A stretch of DNA of 64,000 nucleotides from Hydrogenophilaceae bacterium. Lineage in GTDB: Bacteria > Pseudomonadota > Gammaproteobacteria > Burkholderiales > Thiobacillaceae. The notes under the pieces were generated by a model. That model was given only the letters and a program-made list of their open reading frames with translations, did not search any database and had not been told where the DNA came from. Each line of letters opens with the position of its first letter. Position 1 is the first letter of the stretch. The translations under genes were made by a program, and so were the position numbers. Below, in pieces: positions 1-8,347 of this stretch. The DNA lies in the NCBI GenBank assembly GCA_013389025.1, contig JACAED010000049.1, positions 14,490-78,489 of the forward strand. The letters run 5' to 3'.

Positions 1-559
1 CGAACGCACCGGGCACGCCGTTGCCGCAGTCTACGATGAGCTTCATCGGCCGCGCGAGCTTGATATCGCCGGCAATGCGATCAAGATAGGCGGGCGCGAT
101 GTCGTGGGTTCTGTAACTGCCGCTCCCCGTTGTCAGGTTGCCGCTTTCAAGACGCTGTCTCAATTGCTGGATGGTGTCGCCCGACAGCGTTTCGCCGCCC
201 AGCACCATTTTCAGGCCGTTGTAATCCGGCGGATTGTGCGAGCCTGTAACCATGACGGCCGAGTTTGTTTTCAACTCATACGCGGCGAAATAGGTCATCG
301 GCGTGGCTACCATGCCCAGGTCGATCACATCGATGCCCGCTTTCTGGATGCCGCGCGCCAGCGCCTGTGAAAGCTCCGGGCCAGACAGACGGCCGTCGCG
401 GCCGATGCAGATCGCGGTCTGCTTGCGCAAAGCGGCCTCCGAACCAATGGCCTGGCCGATGGCCTCGACGATTTCAGGCGTCAATGTCTTGCCGACGATG
501 CCGCGGATGTCGTAGGCCTTGAAGATTTCCCTGGGGAGGTTTTGTGTGGCGAGGTTCAT
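1..559 (-). CDS. algC: Phosphomannomutase/phosphoglucomutase (5' part; runs off the window start)
   Basis: Not in the ORF track. Manual translation from the ATG at 559 gives MNLATQNLPREIFKAYDIRGIVG...IGRDGRLSG...MVTGSHNPPDYNGLKMV, including the phosphoserine motif of alpha-D-phosphohexomutases. Confidence 0.93.
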   Translation of the reverse strand, partial: MNLATQNLPREIFKAYDIRGIVGKTLTPEIVEAIGQAIGSEAALRKQTAICIGRDGRLSGPELSQALARGIQKAGIDVIDLGMVATPMTYFAAYELKTNSAVMVTGSHNPPDYNGLKMVLGGETLSGDTIQQLRQRLESGNLTTGSGSYRTHDIAPAYLDRIAGDIKLARPMKLIVDCGNGVPGAF

Positions 560-619
560 GTTCTGACTCGATCAATCGGACAATCAGCCAATTATATCGA
601 TTGAACATGAAACGCCCTA

Positions 620-1648
620 TCAGACGTGTGGGGCGTCGAAAAAATCCAGGATGCGGGCAGGCAGCCAGTCGATGTTGCCTGGAAACGGCCCGGATGGAAA
701 CGCGACATGGCCGCCTTCCTCCGGCTGTTCCAGCGTGACGAATGTGGAAACCCCGTCCGGGGTGGGCAGGGCGGATGCAGGCAGAAAGGGGTCGTTTTTC
801 GCGTTGATGACCAGCGTGGGGATGACAATATTTTTCAGGCCGGGTTTGCTCGACGTGCGCGTCCAGTAATCCTCTGCATCCAGATAGCCATGCAGCCTTG
901 CCGTCACCAGCGTGTCGTATTCCTGAAAAGTCGTGGCGGCTTCGATCGCCGCCTGATCAAGCAGGCCGGGGAAACGCTCGGCTTTGTCAAGTGCTTTGCG
1001 TTTGAGTGATAGCAGAAAGTGGCTGGTATAAATGGCACGGTTAAGGCCGCGATCCAGCGCGTGGCCGGCCGCATTCATGTCCAGCGGCGCGGATACGCCG
1101 GCAGCGGCCCTGACCAGAGTGGCTGCCTGGTTGCCGGCATCGCCCAGCCACTTGAGCACGGCGTTGCCGCCCAGGGACACGCCCACGGCATACAGCGGCG
1201 CTTCTGGAAAAGCGGATTTCACGCGCCTTAACATGGCCTCGATTTCTGCCGTGTCCCCTGCGAAGTACGCACGCGGCAGGCGGTTGGGTTCACCCGAACA
1301 GCCGCGAAAATGCGGCACCACGCCGCGCCAGCCACGCTGTTTGACTGTATGCATCAGGTCGCGTGCATAGAAACTTTGCGAGCTGCCTTCCAGGCCATGA
1401 AACAGCACGACGATGGGTGCGTCGGGCTGATTTGCATCCACCCAGTCGGCATCGACGAAATCGCCATCCGGCCATTCCCAGCGCTCGCGCCGGTATTCGA
1501 TATCCGGCCCGCGCAGGAAAGCGGCGGTGTACAGGGTTTGCAGGTTGCCGCCCGGCAACCAGGGTGGAGCGACATAGGCTTCGGCGGCCAGCGCTTGCAT
1601 GGTCCAAATCATGACCGCGATGAAACCGGCATGGCAGGCATGTTTCAT
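620..1648 (-). CDS. YheT-like alpha/beta hydrolase with an N-terminal hydrophobic extension
   Basis: Motifs PPWLPGGNLQT, HGLEGSS, GVSLGG nucleophile elbow, NAKNDPF and GGHVAF. Start placed at the ATGA overlap with the cupin stop (1645-1648). Confidence 0.88.
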   Translation of the reverse strand: MKHACHAGFIAVMIWTMQALAAEAYVAPPWLPGGNLQTLYTAAFLRGPDIEYRRERWEWPDGDFVDADWVDANQPDAPIVVLFHGLEGSSQSFYARDLMHTVKQRGWRGVVPHFRGCSGEPNRLPRAYFAGDTAEIEAMLRRVKSAFPEAPLYAVGVSLGGNAVLKWLGDAGNQAATLVRAAAGVSAPLDMNAAGHALDRGLNRAIYTSHFLLSLKRKALDKAERFPGLLDQAAIEAATTFQEYDTLVTARLHGYLDAEDYWTRTSSKPGLKNIVIPTLVINAKNDPFLPASALPTPDGVSTFVTLEQPEEGGHVAFPSGPFPGNIDWLPARILDFFDAPHV

Positions 1649-2106
1649 GGGCGGGTACGTTGTTCGGCCGCACCGCGAACGAACAGCAGGCAGCCTTTTT
1701 CGCTCGTGACCCAGCCATGCGGTTTGCCTTTTGGTGCCAGGTGATAGTCGCCGGGCAGACACAGGACACCATTGATGGTGGCGTCGCCTTCCAGCACCAG
1801 CGATTCTTCTTCCAGCGCGTGCTCGTGCGGCGGCAGCCTGCTGCCGGGTTTCATGCGGATCAGAAACGAACGGCTAATTTCGTCCTGGCGCAGCAGCTTG
1901 AGCTCAACCCCGCGCAGCAGCGTAACCCACTCTCCTTCATGGCTGTGTACGAACAGATAATCCGGTGCAGGCGCATGAATACGCTGGAACAGTTTTTCGC
2001 GCATGCGCCCGGTTGTTTGCTCATCTGGCGTCATGGGTGCCGATGCCGCAGCAAAGGCTTCCAGCAGGTCGGCATCGAGTGGAGGGGATGATTTTTTATC
2101 ATTCAT
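1645..2106 (-). CDS. ChrR-like cupin-domain anti-sigma factor
   Basis: Cupin motifs PGSRLPPHEH..EE..VLEG and GDYHLAPKGKPH; lies directly downstream of an ECF sigma gene. Confidence 0.82.
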   Translation of the reverse strand: MNDKKSSPPLDADLLEAFAAASAPMTPDEQTTGRMREKLFQRIHAPAPDYLFVHSHEGEWVTLLRGVELKLLRQDEISRSFLIRMKPGSRLPPHEHALEEESLVLEGDATINGVLCLPGDYHLAPKGKPHGWVTSEKGCLLFVRGAAEQRTRP

Positions 2107-2116
2107 GACGGCGTCC

Positions 2117-2746
2117 TCAGGACTGGCAAAGGGTACGGCGCAGATGTTCCTGTGCGCGTTTGAGATGGGATTTCACCGTGCCCAGCGGCAGGCCGGTCTG
2201 GTCCGAGATTTCCTGATGCGACAGATCCCGGTAAAACGCCAGCGCCAGCATCTGGCGCTGCACGGGAGTAAGCCGGGCCAGAGCCTGCCCCAGGGCGCTG
2301 GATTGTTCAACGGCCAGCAATCGATCCAGCGGGGAGCCTTCTGGGCAGGCTTCCCCCTCGATCAGCACTTCCGGATCGGGCGAATAGGCAAGCGGTTCCA
2401 GCCTGCGCAATGCATCCAGCGCGCGGCTGCGCGTCATCATCATCAGCCAGGCCAGCGGCTGGCCACGCTGGGCATCGTAACGCACGGCTTCGCGCCAGCA
2501 TTGCCAGAACGTTTCCACGCAGACCTCCTCGGCCAGATCGCGGCGCGCGGTGATCCTGAGCGCAAGCCCGTACACGCGGGAAAGTGTCAGATCATAAAAG
2601 CGGCCCAGAGCGGCTTCATCGCCCGATGCCATGCGCTGGATCAGGCTGGTCAGCAATTCATCCTGCGTGTGCGGAGATTCGTCGTTATCCCTGCTCATGA
2701 GTCCGAGTATAACGTCCTGGCCGGACAGCTTGAGTGGCGGGTTCAT
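2117..2746 (-). CDS. ECF-family RNA polymerase sigma factor
   Basis: Region 2 ([13 protein letters not shown]...[13 protein letters not shown]) and region 4 ([24 protein letters not shown]). Confidence 0.93.
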   Translation of the reverse strand: MNPPLKLSGQDVILGLMSRDNDESPHTQDELLTSLIQRMASGDEAALGRFYDLTLSRVYGLALRITARRDLAEEVCVETFWQCWREAVRYDAQRGQPLAWLMMMTRSRALDALRRLEPLAYSPDPEVLIEGEACPEGSPLDRLLAVEQSSALGQALARLTPVQRQMLALAFYRDLSHQEISDQTGLPLGTVKSHLKRAQEHLRRTLCQS

Positions 2747-2783
2747 CAGGATTCCCTTTCGGCTGTATACAGTTTCAATCCAC

Positions 2784-2838
2784 TACGCCGGAAAGACCGG
2801 ACTGGATGCATGCATCCGGATGAGAGCATCCATGCGTA
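2784..2838. promoter_or_regulatory. Back-to-back putative ECF sigma promoters (TGCATCC-N16/17-CGTA on both strands)
   Basis: Plus strand: TGCATCC 2811-2817 and CGTA 2835-2838. Minus strand: TGCATCC 2810-2804 and CGTA 2787-2784. Resembles the TGATCC/CGTA consensus of SigE-ChrR promoters. Confidence 0.7.
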
Positions 2839-2882
2839 AAGGAGTCGGGAATGTTCCCCGACTCGACTCTAAGGAGCACATC

Positions 2883-3338
2883 ATGAAATCAACTGTATTG
2901 CGCATGGCGCCGGTCTTGTCGCTGGCCGCGCTGCTGACAGCTTCCCTCACTGGATGCGGCGGCATGCAGAGCGCACCCCCACAAAAATCCCTTTATGACC
3001 GACTTGGCGGCAAACCCGCCATCCAGGCCGTGGTCGATGATTTCATCGGCAACGTGGCGGCAGACAAGCGCATCAACGGCTTTTTCGCCAGCACCAACAT
3101 TCCTCGCCTCAACTCCATGCTGGTCAACCAGATTTGCGAAGCTACCGGTGGGCCGTGCAAATACACTGGCCGCGACATGAAATCGGCCCACACCGGCATG
3201 GGCTTGACTGAGGCGCATTTCAATGCGCTGGTGGAAGATCTGGTGAAATCGCTCAACAAATTCAACGTGCCAGAGAAGGAGAAAAACGAGCTTCTTACCG
3301 CGCTGGCTTCGATGAAAGGCGACATCGTCGGGCGCTGA
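2883..3338 (+). CDS. Group I truncated hemoglobin (GlbN-like) with a lipoprotein signal peptide
   Basis: SLYDRLGG...FF...[15 protein letters not shown] (proximal His). AAGGAG RBS upstream; lipobox LTGC. Confidence 0.9.
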   Translation: MKSTVLRMAPVLSLAALLTASLTGCGGMQSAPPQKSLYDRLGGKPAIQAVVDDFIGNVAADKRINGFFASTNIPRLNSMLVNQICEATGGPCKYTGRDMKSAHTGMGLTEAHFNALVEDLVKSLNKFNVPEKEKNELLTALASMKGDIVGR

Positions 3339-3348
3339 GGAACGCGGC

Positions 3349-3846
3349 ATGACATTCCAGCTCGTCAGTGAATGGCATCTGTCCGCGCCGCCCGAGGAAG
3401 TGTGGGCCGTGCTTGAGGCGCCCGAGGCGTGGCCATGCTGGTGGCCGGAAATCCGCCGCGTGCAACTGCTACAGGCGGGCGGCGAACAAGACGAGGGTGC
3501 CGTGCGCCGTACCTGGTGGGTGAGCCGCCTGCCGTATGGATTCGTCATCGACTTCACCACGCGCGCGGCGGAAAGGCCGCGGATGCTGGTGGTCGAGGCG
3601 AGCGGTGATCTGCACGGCATGGGCCGCTGGGAACTGGAAGCCATTCCGGTCGGCACGCGTGTGCGCTACACCTGGCAGGTGACGCCGCACAGGGCCTGGA
3701 TGCGCTGGCTGGCGCCGGTTCTGTCGTCGCTGTTTGCCTGGAACCACCATGCGGTGATGGAGGACGGTGCAGCCGGCATGGCCAGAGTGCTTGGGGTGGA
3801 ACTGATTGATTACAAGGGCATGAAAGGAAACCAGACATGGACATGA
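3349..3846 (+). CDS. SRPBCC / polyketide cyclase-like lipid-binding protein
   Basis: APPEEVWAVL...WP.WWP...GDL.G.GRW...GTRVRYTW...FAWNHHAVM pattern of START/SRPBCC proteins. Confidence 0.8.
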   Translation: MTFQLVSEWHLSAPPEEVWAVLEAPEAWPCWWPEIRRVQLLQAGGEQDEGAVRRTWWVSRLPYGFVIDFTTRAAERPRMLVVEASGDLHGMGRWELEAIPVGTRVRYTWQVTPHRAWMRWLAPVLSSLFAWNHHAVMEDGAAGMARVLGVELIDYKGMKGNQTWT

Positions 3847-4217
3847 AACACATCGTCAACGCGTATTTCAGCGCGTTCGAGCGCAAGGATGGCGAAGCCT
3901 GGGTATCGCTGTTTGCAAGTGATGGCAGTCTCGGCGGCCCCGCGCACACGCCTCCGGTCATGGGGCACGCAGCGCTGGCCGAGCTGTTTGCTGGCATCGC
4001 CATGCTGTTCGAAACCATCCACTTCGACATTCTCGCCGTACATGTTCACGGGCCGTTCGCCGTGGCCGAATTCGATCTGCATACCCGCGCACGCAATGGA
4101 AGAACGCCACAGGCACAAGGCATGGTTGCCTTTGCGGCGGATGATGCGGGCAAGCTGACTCAGGTCGCCGGATTCTGGGATCCGGCGCCGGTTTTTTCGC
4201 AGGCAATGGCAGCCTGA
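3837..4217 (+). CDS. SnoaL/NTF2-like protein
   Basis: YFSAFERKDGEAWVSLFA.DG...GHAALAELF...GKLTQV..FWD pattern. Confidence 0.8.
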   Translation: MDMKHIVNAYFSAFERKDGEAWVSLFASDGSLGGPAHTPPVMGHAALAELFAGIAMLFETIHFDILAVHVHGPFAVAEFDLHTRARNGRTPQAQGMVAFAADDAGKLTQVAGFWDPAPVFSQAMAA

Positions 4218-4248
4218 GGCGGACGCATGTTCCGCATTCTTCAAGGAG

Positions 4249-4812
4249 ATGGAAATGAACAGAGTATTGATTTCGTTGTTGATGGGCATCAGCGCAGCCG
4301 GCATCACGTTGGCCGGTCCTTACGATATTGAAGTGCGCCCGTCTGCCGCGCCAGTAATGCGGGATGGCGATTTGAAACTGCCTGCGGATTACAAAAGCTG
4401 GCCGGTTTATCTGCCGGATGTTCAGCGGCCAGAACTCAAACAGATTCGCGACATCTACATCAACCCGCAGGGACTCAAATCAAGCCGGCCGTTTGCCTAT
4501 GGCACGATGATGGTCATGGAACTGCATTCGGTAAAAACCGGCGCGGATGGCCAGCCTCTTCTGGATGCAAATGGCAAGCTGCAGAAGCAGGGACTATCGA
4601 AGATCTTCGTCATGGGTAAGGGGTCGGGCTGGGGTCAGGTAGTCCCGCCCGAACAACGCACGGGCGAATGGGTGTACGCAGCCTATGACGCGAGTGGGAA
4701 TTCGCTCGGCAAGGACATGAGCGCCTGCCGCGGCTGCCATGTGCCGCTGAAGGATACGGATTTCGTGGCAAGAGTGCCCGAGTTTGAAGCGGCCAGGGCA
4801 AATGTCCGCTAG
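4249..4812 (+). CDS. Cytochrome P460 superfamily protein (probably c'-beta type)
   Basis: Signal peptide, LPADYKSW, IYINP, F.YGTMMVMEL, GEWVYAAY and a C-terminal CRGCH heme site followed by DFV. Confidence 0.82.
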   Translation: MEMNRVLISLLMGISAAGITLAGPYDIEVRPSAAPVMRDGDLKLPADYKSWPVYLPDVQRPELKQIRDIYINPQGLKSSRPFAYGTMMVMELHSVKTGADGQPLLDANGKLQKQGLSKIFVMGKGSGWGQVVPPEQRTGEWVYAAYDASGNSLGKDMSACRGCHVPLKDTDFVARVPEFEAARANVR

Positions 4813-4926
4813 CCAATTCCCGTTTATGGGAAGTGGTTTATTTGTGCCAGCCAGGGTGCGTGATACTGGACAATGTCCACCGGATTGAATAGGATGAAAA
4901 AGTCTATTTTGCCTGCCGTGTAGATC

Positions 4927-6312
4927 ATGCACCCTGACCACGCCCTGCTCGTCAAATACAGCAAGCCAGGGCCGCGTTATACGTCCTATCCGCCCGCGCC
5001 GCATTTTACGGAAGATTTCGGCATCGGCCAGTGGCGGCAGGAAATCATCGAAAGCCAGGATGCCAGCCGGCCGCTTTCGCTTTACGTGCACATCCCGTTT
5101 TGCGATACGCTGTGTTTCTACTGCGGCTGCAACATGGTCGCTACGCAGAAATATGACAAGGCGCTCACATACCTCGACTACCTCAAGCGCGAAATCGACG
5201 AAGTCGCGGCGCTGGCGAGTCCTTCGCGCCGGGTAGTGCAACTGCACTGGGGCGGCGGTACGCCGACTTTTCTAAAAGCTGGAGAGATTCGTGATCTGGC
5301 CGCGCATATCCGCTCCCGATTCAATTTCGACCCCCGGGCCGAAGTCTCGGTCGAAGTCGATCCGCGCGGCCTGTTGCGCGAACAGGTCGATGCGCTGCGC
5401 GAATCCGGCTTCAACCGCGCCAGCATGGGCGTGCAGGATTTGAACGAGCAGGTGCAAAAAGCCGTCAACCGGGTTCAACCCCTGTCGCTCATCCAGGAAG
5501 TGTACGGCTGGTTCCGTGAGGCCAGTTTTCAGAGCATCAACATGGACCTGATGGTCGGCCTGCCGCACCAGACGCTGGAAACCTACAAGCACACGCTCAG
5601 GGAAATCACCGCCATGGCGCCCGACCGGCTGGCCGTGTTCGGCTACGCCCATGTGCCGTGGATGAAAAAACACCAGAAACTCATCGTGCAGTCCGACCTG
5701 CCCAATTTCGAAACCCGCATGGCCCTGCAGGAACAGATACTGGAAACGCTGGAATACAAGGGCTACGTGCATGTCGGCATGGATCACTTCGCCAAGCCGG
5801 ATGACGAGATCGTCAAGGCGCAGCGCGGAAAGACGCTGTGGCGGAATTTTCAGGGCTACACCACGCATCGCAACGCCGACATCTATGCCTTTGGTGCATC
5901 GTCCATCAGCCAGACCAACGACGTCTACGCGCAAAACGAAAAACGCCCCACCGGCTACCAGCAGATGATTGGCGAGCATGGCCTGGCCACGGTCAAGGGC
6001 TACCGCATGACCCATGACGACAAGCTGCGGCGTGACGTCATCATCGAATTGATGTGTGACCTCTCGATCAACAAGCGTGGTATTGGCGAGCGCTGGGGTA
6101 TCGACTTCGACGATTACTTTGCCAAAAGTCTGGAACTGCTCATTCCGCTGGTGGCCGACGGCCTGGTTGAAGCCGATGCAAACGAAATCCGCGTCACGAC
6201 ACTGGGCCGCCTGTTCCTGCGCAACATCGCCATGTGCTTCGACGCCTACCTCAATGCCGAAAAACCCAAAGCGCCGGGACAGGAAACGCCGCGGTATTCG
6301 ATGACGGCTTGA
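4927..6312 (+). CDS. hemN: Oxygen-independent coproporphyrinogen III oxidase
   Basis: GPRYTSYP, LSLYVHIPFCDTLCFYCGC radical-SAM motif, HWGGGTPT and RNFQGYTT. Confidence 0.96.
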   Translation: MHPDHALLVKYSKPGPRYTSYPPAPHFTEDFGIGQWRQEIIESQDASRPLSLYVHIPFCDTLCFYCGCNMVATQKYDKALTYLDYLKREIDEVAALASPSRRVVQLHWGGGTPTFLKAGEIRDLAAHIRSRFNFDPRAEVSVEVDPRGLLREQVDALRESGFNRASMGVQDLNEQVQKAVNRVQPLSLIQEVYGWFREASFQSINMDLMVGLPHQTLETYKHTLREITAMAPDRLAVFGYAHVPWMKKHQKLIVQSDLPNFETRMALQEQILETLEYKGYVHVGMDHFAKPDDEIVKAQRGKTLWRNFQGYTTHRNADIYAFGASSISQTNDVYAQNEKRPTGYQQMIGEHGLATVKGYRMTHDDKLRRDVIIELMCDLSINKRGIGERWGIDFDDYFAKSLELLIPLVADGLVEADANEIRVTTLGRLFLRNIAMCFDAYLNAEKPKAPGQETPRYSMTA

Positions 6313-6321
6313 GTCGGAGAA

Positions 6322-6352
6322 TAAAAAAGCCGCGCACCGCGCGGCTTTTTTA
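6322..6352. terminator. Bidirectional intrinsic terminator
   Basis: TAAAAAAGCCGCGC-ACC-GCGCGGCTTTTTTA between two convergent genes. Confidence 0.9.
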
Positions 6353-6369
6353 CAAGCAGGAAAAACCGC

Positions 6370-6888
6370 TTATTTCAGCACCACACTCATCAGCGCATCT
6401 TCTTCCTTGGCCAGATTGGTCAGCGCGGTGGCGACTTCGCCCTGGGCCATGCCGGCCATCAGGCTGGTGTTGAAGCGCATGACGTAGATTTTGCCGTCGA
6501 GGCCTTCGTACACGCTGTAGCGGCAGGTGAGCGCAGGGGGTTGCTTGGCTTTTTCCTGGGCCTTGAGCACGGCTTCAGCCAGGCCGGGGTGGCACATGCC
6601 CATGACTTTCATGGGCTTGGCGTCCTTGTGGCCACCTTTTTTCATGGCTTCCTGGGCGTCGAGCACGCCGGTGACTTTCCAGCCGCGGGCCTCGGCAGCT
6701 TTCTTGAGGGCGTCGACGGTTTCGTTGAAACCGAGCTTGCTTTGTTTTTCCAGCATCATGGCTTCCATGATCTTGGCCTGGGCCTGCTGCATTTGCTGCA
6801 TGGAGGCCTCGATTTCCTTTTGCGAAGCGGCCTGGGCCGGGAGTGTGGTGGCAATTAGCGCAAGCGTGGCGAGAAGAAGGGATTTCAT
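6370..6888 (-). CDS. Exported DUF302-family protein
   Basis: Signal peptide (AQA), S.LGFNETVDAL...GW.V, MCHPGLA and CRYSVYE..DGK.Y. Confidence 0.75.
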   Translation of the reverse strand: MKSLLLATLALIATTLPAQAASQKEIEASMQQMQQAQAKIMEAMMLEKQSKLGFNETVDALKKAAEARGWKVTGVLDAQEAMKKGGHKDAKPMKVMGMCHPGLAEAVLKAQEKAKQPPALTCRYSVYEGLDGKIYVMRFNTSLMAGMAQGEVATALTNLAKEEDALMSVVLK

Positions 6889-6909
6889 GTTGACCTCCTG
6901 GTAAGTAAG

Positions 6910-7113
6910 TTAATGCGAGCTGGAGCAGGGACCGCCCTGCAAACGATACTGCGTTCCGCAATAGGGACACAAGGCCTCTCCGGTTTTTTCGATGGGCAGG
7001 AACACGCGGGGGTGCGAATTCCATGAAACATGCTCGGACAGCGGGCAATGCAGCGGCAACTGGTTCGGCTTGATTTCGATGATGCGTTGCGTGTTGTCGG
7101 ATTGCTCAGACAC
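6910..7113 (-). CDS. Small zinc-finger protein (zf-CHCC type)
   Basis: LPLHCP...WNSHPRVFLPI...CPYCGT; the usual downstream neighbour of ilvE. Confidence 0.88.
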   Translation of the reverse strand: MSEQSDNTQRIIEIKPNQLPLHCPLSEHVSWNSHPRVFLPIEKTGEALCPYCGTQYRLQGGPCSSSH

Positions 7114-7148
7114 GAATGATTTCCTCCAAGTTTCAATACGTCGGTTTC

Positions 7149-7223
7149 ACCGCAAAGACGCAAAGGGCGCCAAGAATACAGCCCGGTTATTGTTCCCCTT
7201 TGCGCGCTTGGCGTCTTGGCGGT
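7149..7223. repeat. Imperfect palindromic intergenic element (CGCAAAG-type units)
   Basis: ACCGCAAAGACGCAAAGGGCGCCAAG (7149-7174) is inverted with CTTTGCGCGCTTGGCGTCTTGGCGGT (7198-7223). Confidence 0.7.
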
Positions 7224-7245
7224 TCGGGGACATTGCCGTTTTTAT

Positions 7246-8166
7246 TCAAATGTAACTCAGCCAGCCTTCGTGTTTGGCCGAGCGGCCCTGCACGCAGTCG
7301 AAATACAGCGCTTGCAGCTTCTGCGTGACGGGGCCGCGTGTGCCGCTGCCGATGGCGCGGTTGTCCAGTTCGCGGATGGGGGTGACTTCCGCGGCGGTGC
7401 CGGTGAAAAAGGCTTCGTCGGCGGAATACACTTCATCGCGCGTGATGCGTTTTTCGATCACCTCGTAGCCGAGTTCATTTGCCAGCTGCACGATGGTGTC
7501 GCGGGTAATGCCTTCCAACGCACTGGTCAGATCGGGCGTATAGATCCTGCCCTTGCGGACAATGAAGATGTTTTCGCCCGAACCTTCGGACACGAAACCA
7601 TCCACGTCCAGCAGCAGGGCCTCGTCGTAGCCGTCCTGCTCGGCTTCGCGGTGGGCGAGGATCGAGTTCATGTAGTTGCCGTTGGCCTTGGCCTTGCACA
7701 TGGTGATGTTGACGTGGTGCCGCGAAAAGGAAGACGTCTTCACGCGGATGCCGTTGTCCAGCGCTTCCTGCCCGAGATAGGCGCCCCATTTCCAGGCGGC
7801 GACGATGACATGGGTGGACAGCGTCCTGGCGGAGATACCCATGGCCTCGGCGCCGTAGAAGGCCATGGGGCGGATGTAGGCGGATTCCAGTTTGTTTTCG
7901 CGCACGGCGGCGCGCTGGGCTTCGTTGATCTCGTCCTTGGAATAAGGCATGTTCATGCCCAGGATGTGCGCCGATCGGAACAGCCGGTCGGTATGATCCT
8001 GCAGGCGGAAAATGGCCGTGCCTTTGGGGGTTTGATAAGCGCGCACGCCCTCGAACACGCCCATGCCGTAGTGCAGGGTGTGGGTGAGGACGTGGGTGGT
8101 GGCATCGCGCCAGTTGACCAGCTTGCCGTCGTACCAGATAAAGCCATCGCGGTCGGACATCGACAT
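7246..8166 (-). CDS. ilvE: Branched-chain amino acid aminotransferase
   Basis: THTLHYGMGVFEGVRAY, KAKANGNY PLP lysine, EGSGENIF, LEGITRDT and FTGTAAEVTP. Confidence 0.97.
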   Translation of the reverse strand: MSMSDRDGFIWYDGKLVNWRDATTHVLTHTLHYGMGVFEGVRAYQTPKGTAIFRLQDHTDRLFRSAHILGMNMPYSKDEINEAQRAAVRENKLESAYIRPMAFYGAEAMGISARTLSTHVIVAAWKWGAYLGQEALDNGIRVKTSSFSRHHVNITMCKAKANGNYMNSILAHREAEQDGYDEALLLDVDGFVSEGSGENIFIVRKGRIYTPDLTSALEGITRDTIVQLANELGYEVIEKRITRDEVYSADEAFFTGTAAEVTPIRELDNRAIGSGTRGPVTQKLQALYFDCVQGRSAKHEGWLSYI

Positions 8167-8183
8167 TTACGGAACTCCTTGCA

Positions 8184-8312
8184 ATCGCCAAAACGGCTGC
8201 AAAACCCGCATACTTTGTCGCGCGGTGCACGGAATCCTGATGTATTCAAATACACGCCGGTTCCTGCGCGCCGCGCTTCGCGTCTGCGGGCTTTTCGCTG
8301 GGTTTTTGCGAT
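8184..8312. repeat. ERIC/IRU-like palindromic intergenic element, copy 1 (about 129 bp)
   Basis: Imperfect terminal inverted arms around a core GCGCGGTGCACGGAATCCTGATGTAT...TACACGCCGGTTCCTGCGCGCC; the core is shared with 30084-30144. Confidence 0.72.
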
Positions 8313-8347
8313 ATCGCTTAAATTGATGAATTAGGATCAAAGGTTAA

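Noticed and set aside
4813-4926. FNR box upstream of hemN
   Set aside because: No TTGAT-N4-ATCAA match was found.
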